This document shows, one piece after another, positions 47,571 through 59,720 of a stretch of DNA of 64,000 nucleotides. The stretch is from assembly GCF_048593235.1 (NCBI RefSeq), contig NC_133622.1:216535198-216599197 (forward strand). The letters are read 5' to 3'. The notes under the pieces were generated by a model. That model made no database searches. It was not told the DNA's origin and saw only the letters and a program-made list of their open reading frames with translations. Position numbers and translations under genes: made by a program. Source of the stretch: Sminthopsis crassicaudata (lineage: Eukaryota). The number at the start of each line of letters is the position of its first letter. Position 1 is the stretch's first letter.

Positions 47571-49324
47571 GTTACTTACCTTCTGTCTGCCTCAATTTCT
47601 TCACCTCCAAAATGAGGGGTGGGGTGGGGGGAAATAACATATGGGCTGCCTTTTTAATAATCAAAGAAAAAGAGGGGGCAGGAGGAAAAACATCACACAA
47701 TTTTAAATTTAATCTGCAATATAAAATTTTTCTTCATCATTTTCTTAAGTCTAGACAATCCACAAACAATAAATCAAACCTGATTTGTAGCTTTTGCTGA
47801 TTTCCAAAGGAATGGAAATCCCTTAGAAATTTAACACTCTAAAACACTGAAAATTTAACACTTGACTCTCTTGTCAGCAAGGGCTGACTCCAGCACTGCT
47901 CTGCATAGCATCTACTGCCCAGTGTTGCTGTGAAAAGAAAATGGTGTAATATTAGAAAGCTCTTTCCAAACTCCAGAGTGCTATATAAATGCTAGCTATT
48001 ATTACTTTCTCAGGTCAGTGTAAAGTCTCTAAACTACCATTCCTCCTTGCTCAGTGTTGACCCCATAGTTAATCAATTCAATTTAATGCCCTCCCCTATT
48101 CTAAAATCCCTCTTTTTATGCTCAGTCCTAGACAAAGCCCGGACTTGGATAACTCCTCTCATATGCTTCCTGACTTCTATTTGCTTGTACGGTTAGTTGG
48201 ACAGAGATGGCGGAAATAGGATAACCCTGCTATGACTTGGTCAATTTTGTACTATCCAACTTGAACCAGGCCCTCACCGACACAAAGCAATCCATTTTAT
48301 TCTTCCCTAATTGGTTCCCTATCTGTCTTCCCAAAGGAGCAATTCCAAGTCTTGTTCTTCTTTTCTCAAGCCTTTCACCTTGCCCCTACCTAGGGGTATA
48401 CCAGTAAATGGTTAGCAATCAATTTTCCAGAAAAAAAAATAAAATAAAACAAGACATACTATTAACTTTACCTGTGTTAATTAACATATTCTTGATTGTT
48501 TTTTTCAAATCTAGACAATCAACAAACCAATAAGTTAAGCCCTGATTTGTATTTTACTGATTCCTGGAGTGTAAATACCCACAATGATCATTTAGCATTC
48601 ATCTCTCTGTAGCCAATTAAAGGTGGTTCTAGAGCTTTCCACTCCTCTCCAGCTTCCTCCCCTCACACACTTCTCTCCTGAGGACTTCATCTCTTATTCC
48701 ATGGAGAAAACTCATACTAATCACTGTACTCTCTCTCTCTTCTTCCCTTCTCTTCATCTCATTTTAGAAAGGAAGAAACTGAGGCTCAAGAAGCTTTAAT
48801 TAACTGCTTGTGCTCTCACCGATAGTATATTTGAAAACAAATCTATCCTTTTGTCTTGAAGACCACACAAAACAACTGGAATTTTAACTAATTTGAAGAA
48901 TTTCTTTTCTTTTCTTTTCTTTTCTTTTTTAATTTCAAACATGTTTGTGTTTTAAGTTAGAACAAAGTACAATGGCTACACTGAACTTTATTTTCCAAAG
49001 AGGAAACCTACCCACGTAAACACAATACAAATTAGAGCATGAAAAGTACCTCAAGAGGAGTGTAAAGTGCAAAGAGATCAGATCCACCCCGCCAACACCA
49101 CCTGCTCACAAACTATGTGACTCTGGGCAGCTGACCAGTAATTTAATTACTGCATTCCTATGGAGTATCCAGAATTGGATCCCGTGTCTCACGCTTACTA
49201 GCTGTGTGACCCTGAGCCCTGAAGCTCTCTGATTGTCAGTTCCTCATATAGCAATTGTGGGAAATATTGTTTGCTTTACGTACTTTGCAAAGTTTCTAGG
49301 AGGAAAGAACTTTGTAAACCTTTT

Positions 49325-49555
49325 TGTTATTCAGTCATTTGAACCATGTCCAGGTGTTTGGTGTTTTCTTAGCAAAGATACTGAAGTGGCTCGCCATTTC
49401 CTTCTCCAGCTCATTTTACAGCAGAGGAAACTGAGGAAAAAGGGGTTAGGTGACCTGCCCAAGGTCACACTGCCAGTAAGTGTCTGAGGTCACACTAGAA
49501 CTCAGGAAGAGGAGTCTCCCTGACTCCATCCCTCTATCCACAGCACCACCTAGAT
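49325..49555 (-). mobile_element. MAR1 SINE
   Basis: ttgttattcagtcattt...gccatttccttctccagctcattttacagcagaggaaactgagg...aggaagaggagtctccctgactcc. Confidence 0.85.
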
Positions 49556-49714
49556 AACCATAGCTTACTTAAAGCATTTATCAAAAAAGGAAATCTAGTA
49601 ATGATAGCAAACTACAGTACTAAAACTATAACCCAGAGTATATCTAGAATTTACCAATTTCAATCAATCAATATTTATAAATTTTAATAGTAATTTCATT
49701 TTTCAATAGTTTCA

Positions 49715-50045
49715 ATAGTTTAAAATAGTTTTCAACATTTACCTTTCCAAAACTTTGTTTCAAATTTTTCTCCCCCCTTCCCAAAACAGCAAGCAATCCA
49801 ATGTGTTAAATATGTATAATTCTTCTAAATATATTTCCATATTTGTCATGCTGCACATACAAAAAAAATCAGGTCAAAAGGGAAAAAACTATGAGGAAGG
49901 AGGAAAACCACAAGCAAATGATAACAACAGCTAAAAGAGGAAGCTACTAATCTTTGATCCAGATTCAATCTCCATCTTCTCTCTCTGAATTCAGATGGCA
50001 CTTTCCATCATCAATCTATTGAAATTGCCTTGAATTACCTCATTG
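49715..50045 (-). mobile_element. L1 3' UTR fragment (L2 continues at 50050-50345)
   Basis: ttcaacatttacctttccaaaactttgtt...catgctgcac...ttccatcatcaatctattgaaattgccttgaattacctc. Confidence 0.75.
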
Positions 50046-50956
50046 TGATTAATAAACAGTTTTAATTGGCACAGGTGCTAATTACTGAGAATAAAAAAAT
50101 AAGCTGGAGATAATACCTGCCTTCAAGGAGCTTACAATCTAATTGGGAAGGCAACTGGAAAAAATACTATTCACTGGATAATAACAGAGGAAAAGCACTA
50201 GGATAAAAAGGCCTTGAAACAGTCATCCTGGAAAAGATGAGATTTTGGTTGCGACTTAAAGGAAGCCAGAGAAGTCAGTAGGAAGAGCAGAGAGGGAAGG
50301 GCATTCCCTGCACCTGAGAGATGGAGTGTCTCCTTCATGAAAATAGCCAATAGGTCAATGCCCCTGGTTTGATTTCATCATGAAAGGGTCCCTCAAATCA
50401 ATGTTAGACAAACAGATTTGGGACCAGGGATGGGAGGGCAGAGAGAAAGTTATGGAAAAGACCTCAGCATGCAAAGAGAGAGAGCAAAGATACAAAGATA
50501 TTGACCCCTATTTGCAGAAGTCTCTGCTGGGGTGACTGCCCCTCAGAGAAGGAGCCAGGTAAAGTCAAGCCAAGAAGGATCTCATCAAAGCTACTTATGA
50601 GAGAAAGCTTCCTATTTTAACTAAGTAAATGCTAAGCCCAATTGTTTCCAACTTTTGAAGGATGGTACTGTCCATGCTTTGTGAATGTTAGTGCCCAGAG
50701 GCAAAGCCCTGATCTTTCTACCCTAGTTTTGGCTCTGATTGTTCTGAAAATGAATCATTGTCAAATCACACTCATGGTGTTCGTGGCCAGGCCTCAAGAG
50801 ACCTGTAAGACAGTCCCTAATGTCCTGTGATTGTGCTGCCCTTTAACCAAACTGCTGGTCAACTGAAACCCAAGAGTTAGAGAATTTGTAGTAAAATAAA
50901 CTTCACTCAGCCTTAAAATATGTTATTGTAGAACACTAGAACATTGAGTCAGAGGT

Positions 50957-51195
50957 TGTTTGTTGCTCAATTATTTCATTCACATTCCACTTTCCATAAC
51001 CCCATTTGGGGTTTTCTTGGAAGAGATACTGAACTGCTTTGCCATTTCCTTCCTCATTTTACAAATGAGGAAACTGAGGCAAACAGAATAAAGTGGCTTG
51101 CCCAGGGCCACACAGCTATTATCTAAAGTCACGTTTGAACTCACATCTTCCTGACTCCAAACCCCAGTACTCTATCTACTATGGCACCTGGCTGC
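50957..51195 (-). mobile_element. MAR1 SINE
   Basis: accccatttggggttttcttggaagagatactg...ttttacaaatgaggaaactgaggcaaacag. Confidence 0.85.
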
Positions 51196-51359
51196 TAGAG
51201 AATGAGTTCAAATTCCATCACTGATAGATGCTACCTAGGTGATTCCAAAGAAATCACTTAATTTGCTTAGGCTTTGGTTCCCATCTCTGTAAAATGAAAG
51301 GCTTGGTGGCCCCTGAGGAACCTGCCATCTTTAAAGTTAGCCTACTATAAAGCTAATGA

Positions 51360-52200
51360 AAGTGGTAGGCAGGATAAGCAGCTAGAGAAGGGGGCCCCAG
51401 GGCTCCTCAAGAGCCTGTTAATAATTTACATGTACATGTTCAAGCAGCCAGAGCCGGGACCTACTGGCCAGCCTTGACCTTTTCTCCGTCAACATCCCCA
51501 GTCGAATGCTTTCCCTGAGTCCTTTGCAGCTGGTTGAGAAATCAGCATGATGGTAAACACATGTTGTTATTATCATGACCTGACAAACCTAATTATCTGC
51601 TTCTAACTTAGATATTGATGGCACTGAAAAAACCTTGAAATTAAACTCTCGATGTGGAGTGATTTTTTCCCCTTCCTTTTTAAAAATATCTTGCTTTGCT
51701 TTTGGTTTAGTTTTCTCATCTAAGAATGGATTTTAATGCTGGAGGGTGGGGAGGAGAAAAGCCTTTTTCTTTCCCTTCTTCCAACCCAGAGAAGTCAGCT
51801 TCTGGGTATTCCTATGATGGGGCCCAGAAGCTACAATTCAAATATTATATTTACAGGCAAAGCAGGGTGGCTATAAAACTGGTGGCCTCCCTGCTTTTGG
51901 AGCCTCATAAAAAAGTTTCCATACCCCTCCTCCGTGGGACAAATGAGGGTGCTGTTCTCCCCCTCTCTCCACTGCCGCCTGGGTGGTTCCATTCTACCCC
52001 CATAAAGTTTCCAACTGGATAAGCTGGTGTTTTTCATGTTTTATCCTGAACCCTGAGGTTGATGGGTTTGTTGGCCGGACCAAGATGGGGCTTTCTCTTT
52101 CAGCTCCTCTTCAAGATCTTTCCAGTTTTCTCTCAGCTGTTTTACTTTGACTTTGACTTTGAGCATTTTTTTGTTTTTATTTAACCGTAAATTTGTTTTT
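51360..52200. promoter_or_regulatory. Candidate enhancer/promoter-like non-repetitive block
   Basis: GTAAACA 51553-51559, TGACCTTT (NBRE-type) 51475-51482, TATAAAA 51872-51878, several CpGs. Confidence 0.3.
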
Positions 52201-53167
52201 CAGCACAGTAAAATAAAAGCTCCATGAGGGCAAGGGTGATTTCATTTTTGCCTTGCCATCTCCAGTGCCTCACATTTGGGAACAGACCTGACCTATGATT
52301 TCTTTGGCACAGCATCTATTTTGTAAGAGTTGCCTGGATCATTGATAGATTTAAGTGATTTGCCCAGGATCACAGCCAGTTTGCAATTGGGGCTGGCCTT
52401 GAACCCATTTATGCCTAATTCATAGACCAGTTCTCTACCTCTAACTAAAGCTGTAACATACTGGCTGCCTAATTAATGTTTGTGGGATTGAATTGAAATG
52501 GTTACCTCAAATACAGTCTGGTTTCAAAAATCCATTGAGCTGGTGGGATTAAGGAAAGGCCTTGGGCTGTTCCTGAGCCACTGGACCATCAAAGACTGTC
52601 AATTAATTTTACAGAATCACAGAGTTTCAGACTTAGAAGGATTCTCAGAGGAACTTTGGCCTGACCCATACCCGAAAAGAATTCCCTCAATAGCATACCC
52701 AGCAAGTGGTCTGGTAACTTTTGCTTGATTAGACTGGAATTCAACTCACTAAGCAATTTTTACTACATATTTTGACATGTCCCTAGGCAAGTAAGTCCCT
52801 TAATACTTTTCAGCCTCAGTTTATTTATCTAGAAAGTGATGATCATAAAAGCATCAACCTCAATGAATTGTTATGAGAAGCAAGTTGGATATGTATAATT
52901 TTTGCAAACCATAAGGCACTAAATAAATTTCAGCTGGTTTTTTTAATGTCATCAATTATTATGCTTTGGGAGAAAGAAGGGACAAGGAGTGAGTTTATGA
53001 TTTCATTGGTATGGGGATATTTTACATCAAGTCAACAAGCATTAATTTAGCATTTAATATGTGCCAAAGTAGATCAGTACCTTACATCAAGTAAGGTACT
53101 TTCAGATTTTGACACATGTGAGGTTTGTATATGAAAAATAGTAAGAAAGAAGCCCTCAGAAACAATG

Positions 53168-53872
53168 CACTTCATACCCTTTGATCCAGCAGTGTTTCTA
53201 CTGGGCTTGTATCCCAAAGAGGTCACAAATAAGGGACCCACATGTGCAAAAGAGTTTGTGCAGCCCTTTTAGTAGGAAGTGGAAACTGAGTGGATGTCCA
53301 TAAGTTGGAGAATGACTGAATAAATTATAGTATATGTACGTAATGAAATATTGTTATATTATAAGAAACAGTATGATTTTAGAAAGGCATGGACAGACTT
53401 AAATGAACTGATGCTCAATGAAATGAGCAGAACCAAGCGATCATTACACACAGCAATAAGATTATGGGATGATCAATTCTGATAGATGTGGCTCTCTTCA
53501 ACAATGAGATCATTTGGGTCAGTTTCAATGATCTTGTGATGAAGAAAGCCATCTGCACCCAGAGAGAGGATGTGGGAACAGAATTTCGATCACAACATAG
53601 CATTTTCACTCTTTTTGTTGTTGTTCGCTTATGTTTTGTTTTATTTCTCATTTTTTTTTCTTTTTGATCTGATTTTTCTTGTGCAACATGATATTTGTGG
53701 AAATATGTAGAGAAGAATTGCACATGTTTAACATATAACAGATTACTTGCCATCTAGGGGAGGAGATGAGGGGAAGGAGGGAAAATTTTAAATCATGAGG
53801 TTTTTAAGAGTGAACGTTGAAAATTATCTATGTATATATTTTGAAAATAAAAAGTTTAATTAAAAAAAAAAA
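53168..53872 (+). mobile_element. 5'-truncated L1 (ORF2 end plus 3' UTR and poly-A)
   Basis: cataccctttgatccagcagtgtttctactgggc...gaaaataaaaagtttaattaaaaaaaaaaaa. Confidence 0.92.
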
Positions 53873-53889
53873 AGAAACCACACACTTAC

Positions 53890-53910
53890 CCAAGGTTAGT
53901 GTCTGGATTT
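53890..53910 (-). other. Candidate 21-nt microexon (aaatccagacactaaccttgg)
   Basis: Minus strand: pyrimidine tract, TGC, ...ataactag acceptor and G|GTAAGT donor; frame-preserving length. Confidence 0.2.
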
Positions 53911-54499
53911 CTAGTTATACCAGCAGGAGAAATGAAATTGATGAGAAGGTAATCATGAACCCTCAACCAGTCTTGTGATTATTGTATAAATTCACACTGC
54001 CTGATTATGAGCTAATTGGTTGAAGATTTGATTAATCACCATAAGTTATAGTCAGGTTTTTCACTGACAGGACATATAGCCCTGAACTATGAAAAATTAG
54101 TCAAAGAAATTATCTCAAAGCATGGTGGAAGAGAATTTGCATTGCTATGTGCTTCCTAGAAAAGGATTCCCAGTCTATCCAGGGAAGTAGATTTAAGAAG
54201 GCTCTATCAATCCTAACTTAAACATCTCTGCTCTTTGTGAAGGAACATACTTTAGCTGAGGGTATCTGCTAAGTGGGAAGCACTGGATATGGCAAATGTC
54301 AATGAGCAAACCTAGAGTGAAAGAATACTCCATGCTTATAGCAAAGCAACAGCAGAGCAGGGAAACTGAGGGAGACCAGCAGAATAACCTGTCCATCTGT
54401 GAGGCTATCCCCTGTGAAGAATTAGGGCCTAGCAACATAGCTATCCATTCAACAAAAACGCTATGCCCATCAGCAAACATTTAAGAGTACAATCCTTTG

Positions 54500-55250
54500 A
54501 TCAATTGGGAAAGACTTGGCTCTTTTTAAAAACGAGATGATTTAAGGCAATTCCAATAGACTTGGGATATAAAGTACTATTTGTATCCAAAGAGAGAACT
54601 AGGGAGACTGAATGTGGATCAAAAATAGTATTTTCACCTTTTTTGTTATTATTATTATTATTATCATCATTTTTTTGGTTTCCCCCTTTTTCATGTTTTT
54701 TCCATTTTGATATGATTTTTCTGGTACAGCGTAACGAATATGGAAATATGTTTAGAAGAATTGAACATGTTTAGCTTATAGCAGATTGCTTGCTGCCTTG
54801 GAAAGGGGTATATAGAGGACTGCAGATATTGGGGAACTCTGATAAAAGTATGCTTGAAGGAAAGATACTTACAGCAGGGTGTTAACTCAGTGTGTTTGTG
54901 AGATGATAGTTCTCTAGTTCACACATACTTGGTATTTATTATGGTGATGTAATGGTTCTACAGTTGGCACATGCTCAGTATGCTGTAGTGATGTAATTGT
55001 ATTAAGGTATATAAGGGCTGAAAAGATTTGAAATAAGCAGACTTCAGAGAGACTCTAGTGAGAGTGTGCTCAGGCTCAGGCGCCCGACTCCAGAGAGATC
55101 CTAGAGAAAGCTAGCCTAGATATTACAGGAGGAGAGGAGGAAAAGGAAAAAATTGGGAACAAAAGATTTAACAAAGATGAATGTTGAAAACTATCTTTGC
55201 ATGTATTTGGAAAAATAAAATACTCTTTAATAGAAGAAAACCTGAAATGT
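54500..55250 (+). mobile_element. Older L1 3' UTR split by a solo LTR
   Basis: L1 at 54500-54808 resumes in register at 55128 (ggaggagaggagg...ttgggaacaaaag). Confidence 0.8.
54809..55127 (+). mobile_element. Solo ERV LTR (~320 bp)
   Basis: TATATAAG box near 55008, end gaaagctagcctagatattaCA, flanked by gggg/ggag. Confidence 0.75.
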
Positions 55251-55614
55251 TAAAATAGAATAAAATCCTTAAGAAAGAAAAAAGAATATCAAGATCCATC
55301 AATCCACTTATAGGTTTTCCTGGCTACATGTGTTCCATATACTTTAACTTTGTGTCTGCTCTTCCCCATAGACACAGTGTACATTTGTAGGAGAGTGTAT
55401 TTGATATCTATGGGTAGAATGTTGCAAACTTACTGTTCTTGATTTTGCATTTTGAATTAATCCATTTGTTAAGTATTTTTTGAATCATACACTAATTTTT
55501 CATGAAAAGCACACTGGTAGGGACTCAAGAACTACAATATTTATAGAAATAAACTTTTCATAGAATTGCCTCTGGACCTGGTAACTAGTTAAAGCAGTTA
55601 ACCTGCTCTGGATG

Positions 55615-56353
55615 CAGGAAGAAAGAGAGACAGAGAGACAGAGACAGAGACAGACAGAGAGAGAGCGAAAAAGAGAGAAAGAGAGACAAATAGACAGAGA
55701 GAGAGAGAGAAAGAAAGAGAGAGAGACAGAGAGACAGAGACAGAGAGCGAAAGAGAGAGAAAGAGAAACAAATAGAGAGAGAAAAAGAGAGAAAGAAAGA
55801 AAGAGACAGAGACAGAGACAGAGAGCGAAAGAGAGAGAAAGAGAGACAAATAGAGAGAGAGACAGAGACAGACAGACAGAGAGCGAAAGAGAGAGAGAGA
55901 CAAATAGACAGAGAGAGAAAGAGAAAGAAAGAAAGAGACAGAGACAGACAGAGAGAGAGCGAAAAAGAGAGNNNNNNNNNNNNNNNNNNNNNNNNNNNNN
56001 NNNNNNNNNNNNNNNNNNNNNNNNNNNNNNNNNNNNNNNNNNNNNNNNNNNNNNNNNNNNNNNNNNNNNNNNNNNNNNNNNNNNNNNNNNNNNNNNNNNN
56101 NNNNNNNNNNNNNNNNNNNAGAGAGACAAATAGACAGAGAGAGAGACAGAGACAGACAGAGAGCGAAAGAGAGAGAAAGAGAGACAAATAGAGAGAGAAA
56201 GAGAAAGAAAGAGAGAGACAGAGACAGAGAGCGAAAGAGAAAGAGAGACAAATAGAGAGAGAGAGAGACGGAGAGAAAGAAAGAGAGAGAAAGAGAGACA
56301 AATAGAGAGAGAAAGAGAAAGAAAGAAAGAGAGAGACAGAGAGTGAAAGAGAA
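55615..56353. repeat. GA-rich compound minisatellite spanning two gaps
   Basis: Recurring gagcgaaa...gagacaaatag units. Confidence 0.92.
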
Positions 56354-57406
56354 NNNNNNNNNNNNNNNNNNNNNNNNNNNNNNNNNNNNNNNNNNNNNNN
56401 NNNNNNNNNNNNNNNNNNNNNNNNNNNNNNNNNNNNNNNNNNNNNNNNNNNNNNNNNNNNNNNNNNNNNNNNNNNNNNNNNNNNNNNNNNNNNNNNNNNN
56501 NNNNNNNNNNNNNNNNNNNNNNNNNNNNNNNNNNNNNNNNNNNNNNNNNNNNNNNNNNNNNNNNNNNNNNNNNNNNNNNNNNNNNNNNNNNNNNNNNNNN
56601 NNNNNNNNNNNNNNNNNNNNNNNNNNNNNNNNNNNNNNNNNNNNNNNNGTGTTCCCATGAGGAAACTCCTTGAAGCAATACAGTTGATCTGCAATTTATA
56701 GTCTTAGAGAGTTGGCTGGGACCTGAAAGGTACTAATCTCATGCTTGGCACTAATTCCATAACTATAGTACAAGATGGTGGTCGAGAAGGTACAACCAGG
56801 AGAGAGTCCTCTGTAAGGTAAGCATTCAGCCACCAATTTCTGAGTTCCTAGAAACAAAAACCCACTCATAACTTCAGTACCCCCCCAGCTTGGGGGATAC
56901 TGAAGGGGTTCCCTTGGGAACCTTGGGGTAAAGTTGCCATCATCATGAACCTTCTGACTTTATAAATCACAGAAAAGAAATGGAGCAGAGAAAATAGGGT
57001 CCAGGAGACCAGAGAGTAGTGGTCTTTGGCAGTAGGTTACTCACCCCACAGGGAGAGTGTAGAATTAGGTGCTTCTATCTGAGCACAAAACAAAGAGATG
57101 AGCTCAAGGAATTCTGCTCACGCTGTAAGCCTGTCGATGAAATTCAAGCACTGGGGAAGCTTGCCAAAGCCCAGGTTCGGAGCTGACAGCTTCTGGAAGA
57201 AGGTCTCCTTTCAGAATGGCTGGAAAAGCAGACCATGTGGAGGACTTCACTCTTCAATCACTTTTTATACGATCAGCCCACAGGAATGTTCCAAGGAGAG
57301 GCTGATTTCTGTTTCATATGGCATATGGCTTACATTCCTCCTTCTCAAACAACATGAAAATATCATGAAATTCAGGGCTAAAAAGAACTTCAAAGGATCC
57401 TTGAGT

Positions 57407-57545
57407 GGGCCAGGTAGTAATAGAGATAGGGCAACAATCCTGAAGTCAGGAGCTCAAATCCAGCCTCAGATACTTGCCACTTACTAGCTGTGTAACCTTA
57501 GGCCAGTCATTTAACCCCATTTCTCCATGCCCCTCCAAAAAAAAA
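57407..57545 (+). mobile_element. Diverged WSINE1/SINE1-type element
   Basis: gtcaggagctcaaatccagcctcagatactt...ctagctgtgtaaccttaggccagtcatttaacccca...poly-A. Confidence 0.7.
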
Positions 57546-58667
57546 ATTGTAAAACCCTTTAGTTGCCAGCTATACTTTTCAAGAGCAGTCAATAGCTAGA
57601 TTATCTCTTTTACCCATCCTCCTCTTTGTAGATGAGACACAAGCCTTCCATGGCTTCCATCTAAAAGAATTTCTTATACCTAGGAGGAAAATGTTCAGTC
57701 TTTGGCTTTCTCTTCAATAGATAACCAGTCCCTTTAACTTTCCTTCAAAGGACCAATTTCTTAGTTCTTTAATTTTTTTCTAGACCCTTACAGGTTTTCC
57801 TCTAAATTTTAAAAATATAGAAACCGAGGCTAGACATAGCCTGAAATCCAACCAATATCAGTGAACACATGGGGAATAAGTGTAATAAGGAATAACTGAT
57901 GTCAACAGAAAATATTTTCCTAGCTGTGTTTGGGGAGGTATTAAGGAGAGATTGGGGTTTTTTTCTTGCTCCATTGGAAATAGCCGCTCCTAGAAGCAAT
58001 AGTGATGAGCATGGAAGCTTTGACCTGTTCCATTTTTCTGACTTGGACCAGTTCTCCCTGCTCCCAGGGGCTTTACCATCGTGGTGCTGTGTATGGACTT
58101 TATGCAGGCACCAGATCAGCTTTGGTCCCACTACAGATTGGAACTCTTAAACTCAAGCAATCTCCGAGATTAGGGCTCCTTCCTTAGCAAAAATAGCAAG
58201 TGTGCACCACAAATCCTTTCTTTAAATGAATTATTGAATGCATTCAATGAATATTTATTAGGCCTACTCTGGCTCCTAATGAATAACACATGTATTAATC
58301 CTATCTGGAATACTAATAGAAATCCCAAAGGCCATCTAGTCCAACTTCCCACATTTATAAATGTGGAAATGGAGATTCGGGGATGATAATGACTTTCCCA
58401 ACATCATACAGGGAGAATGCAGCGAGATTTAATCAAGTCCTGATTCAAGAGCCAGAATTCTTTGCACCATAGGATCCTACTTTTTTCTCTCATTTGACCA
58501 AGTGCCATGAGGTACAAAGGTAATACAAGTAATTTAATACCCATTTTACAGATGAAGAAAGTAAGACTCAGAATAACCTTGCCCAAGATTACATACTTCA
58601 CAGGTGGAAGAACATCAGTCTTTTGACTCAAAGCCTCCTGTTCTTTCCGTTGTCCCATGCTGCTGTC

Positions 58668-58800
58668 TTTTTGATGAAGCAATTAGAGTTAAGTGACTTG
58701 CCCAGAGTCATACAGCTAGTAAGTGTCTAAGGTTGTTTTTGAACTCTCATCCTCCTGAATCCAGGGCCAATTCTCTATCCACTGCACCACCTAACTGCCC
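58668..58800 (-). mobile_element. WSINE1-type SINE
   Basis: gcaattagagttaagtgacttgcccagagtcatacagctagtaagtgtc...ccactgcaccacctaactgccc. Confidence 0.85.
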
Positions 58801-59519
58801 TTTTAAACTAATTTTTAAAATGATAGCTTAACATTCTGTCAGATACCTATGCAAGAGAATGTGGCTGATGATTTTGCCCAGCCCAAATTCCCTTAAATCT
58901 AATCTACTTACAAGTCAAGATATCCCCCTCCTTATGTCATTGGTCCTTTTCAAGAATGAGGGATGAACAAATAATAATAATAATAAACCACAGATTATTT
59001 CTTAATCTAGTTAATTCTTCTGTGTGGTCAAGTTTCTTCTTGTAATCTCTATTTTATTTGGCATTGAATCCAAAAGGTACTATTTTGAATTCAATAAATG
59101 TCTTTTAAACACCTACCAGGCACAAGACTTTTTAGCCAGATTGTTTCTCTGGTATATCTTAGATAACCTTTGCATCATTCTATAATCTTGTTTTTTAAAA
59201 AATTGCCCCCAACACATTAAAGAGCAAAAGTTCACTGATAAGAGAAAGACGTGAGTGGGTCATGTATCATGAATGAGAAAGAACAGATGGATGGATGGAT
59301 GGCCCAAGTGATGCAATAATACTTCAAGCTGCAAAGTACCTTTCTTAACTTGTAGTCCACGGACTTTTAAGCAGCCCCAAACAGATTTCAGGAAGTGTTT
59401 GAATTTTTATTGGAAAAAAATAAACTTGTATTTCCTTTGTAATATTCTAGGTTTAAAAAAACATTCTGAGAAATCTGAGAGTTTTACTAGACATTCAAAG
59501 GGGTCCATGATGTGCATTA

Positions 59520-59720
59520 GGGGTAGAGTGCTGGGTTCAAATCAAATAGACCCTTACTAGCTATGTCACCCTGGGCAAATGATTTACTCTGTTTTTTTCT
59601 CAGTTTCTTCATTTGTAAAATGAGGCAGAGAGGGAAATGGCAAATGAATGATTACCAAGAAAATATCAAATGGGATCACAAAGAGTCAGATGTGACTGAA
59701 CAACAATCACAACAATATAT
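59520..59720 (+). mobile_element. MAR1 SINE
   Basis: tgggttcaaatc...gtcaccctgggcaa...ggaaatggcaaat...atgggatcacaaagagtcagatgtgactgaacaacaa. Confidence 0.75.

Noticed and set aside
51428-51439. acatgtacatgt as a p53 element
   Set aside because: The CATG cores are 6 bp apart rather than 10, and the RRR/YYY flanks do not fit.
55500-56694. Longest ORFs in the track (392, 369, 217, 173 aa) and similar ORFs at 3567-4133, 31008-31651, 35238-35655, 60145-60664
   Set aside because: They are translations of N-gaps and CT/GA microsatellites (SL/ER repeats), not genes.
56998-57357. Frame with a CSRC (CxxC) motif and a single in-frame TGA at 57184-57186, overlapping a 129-aa ORF in another frame; considered as a selenoprotein
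   Set aside because: No resemblance to any vertebrate selenoprotein family I know, no start codon or good splice acceptor, and no recognisable SECIS. A SECISearch and tBLASTn hit would be needed.
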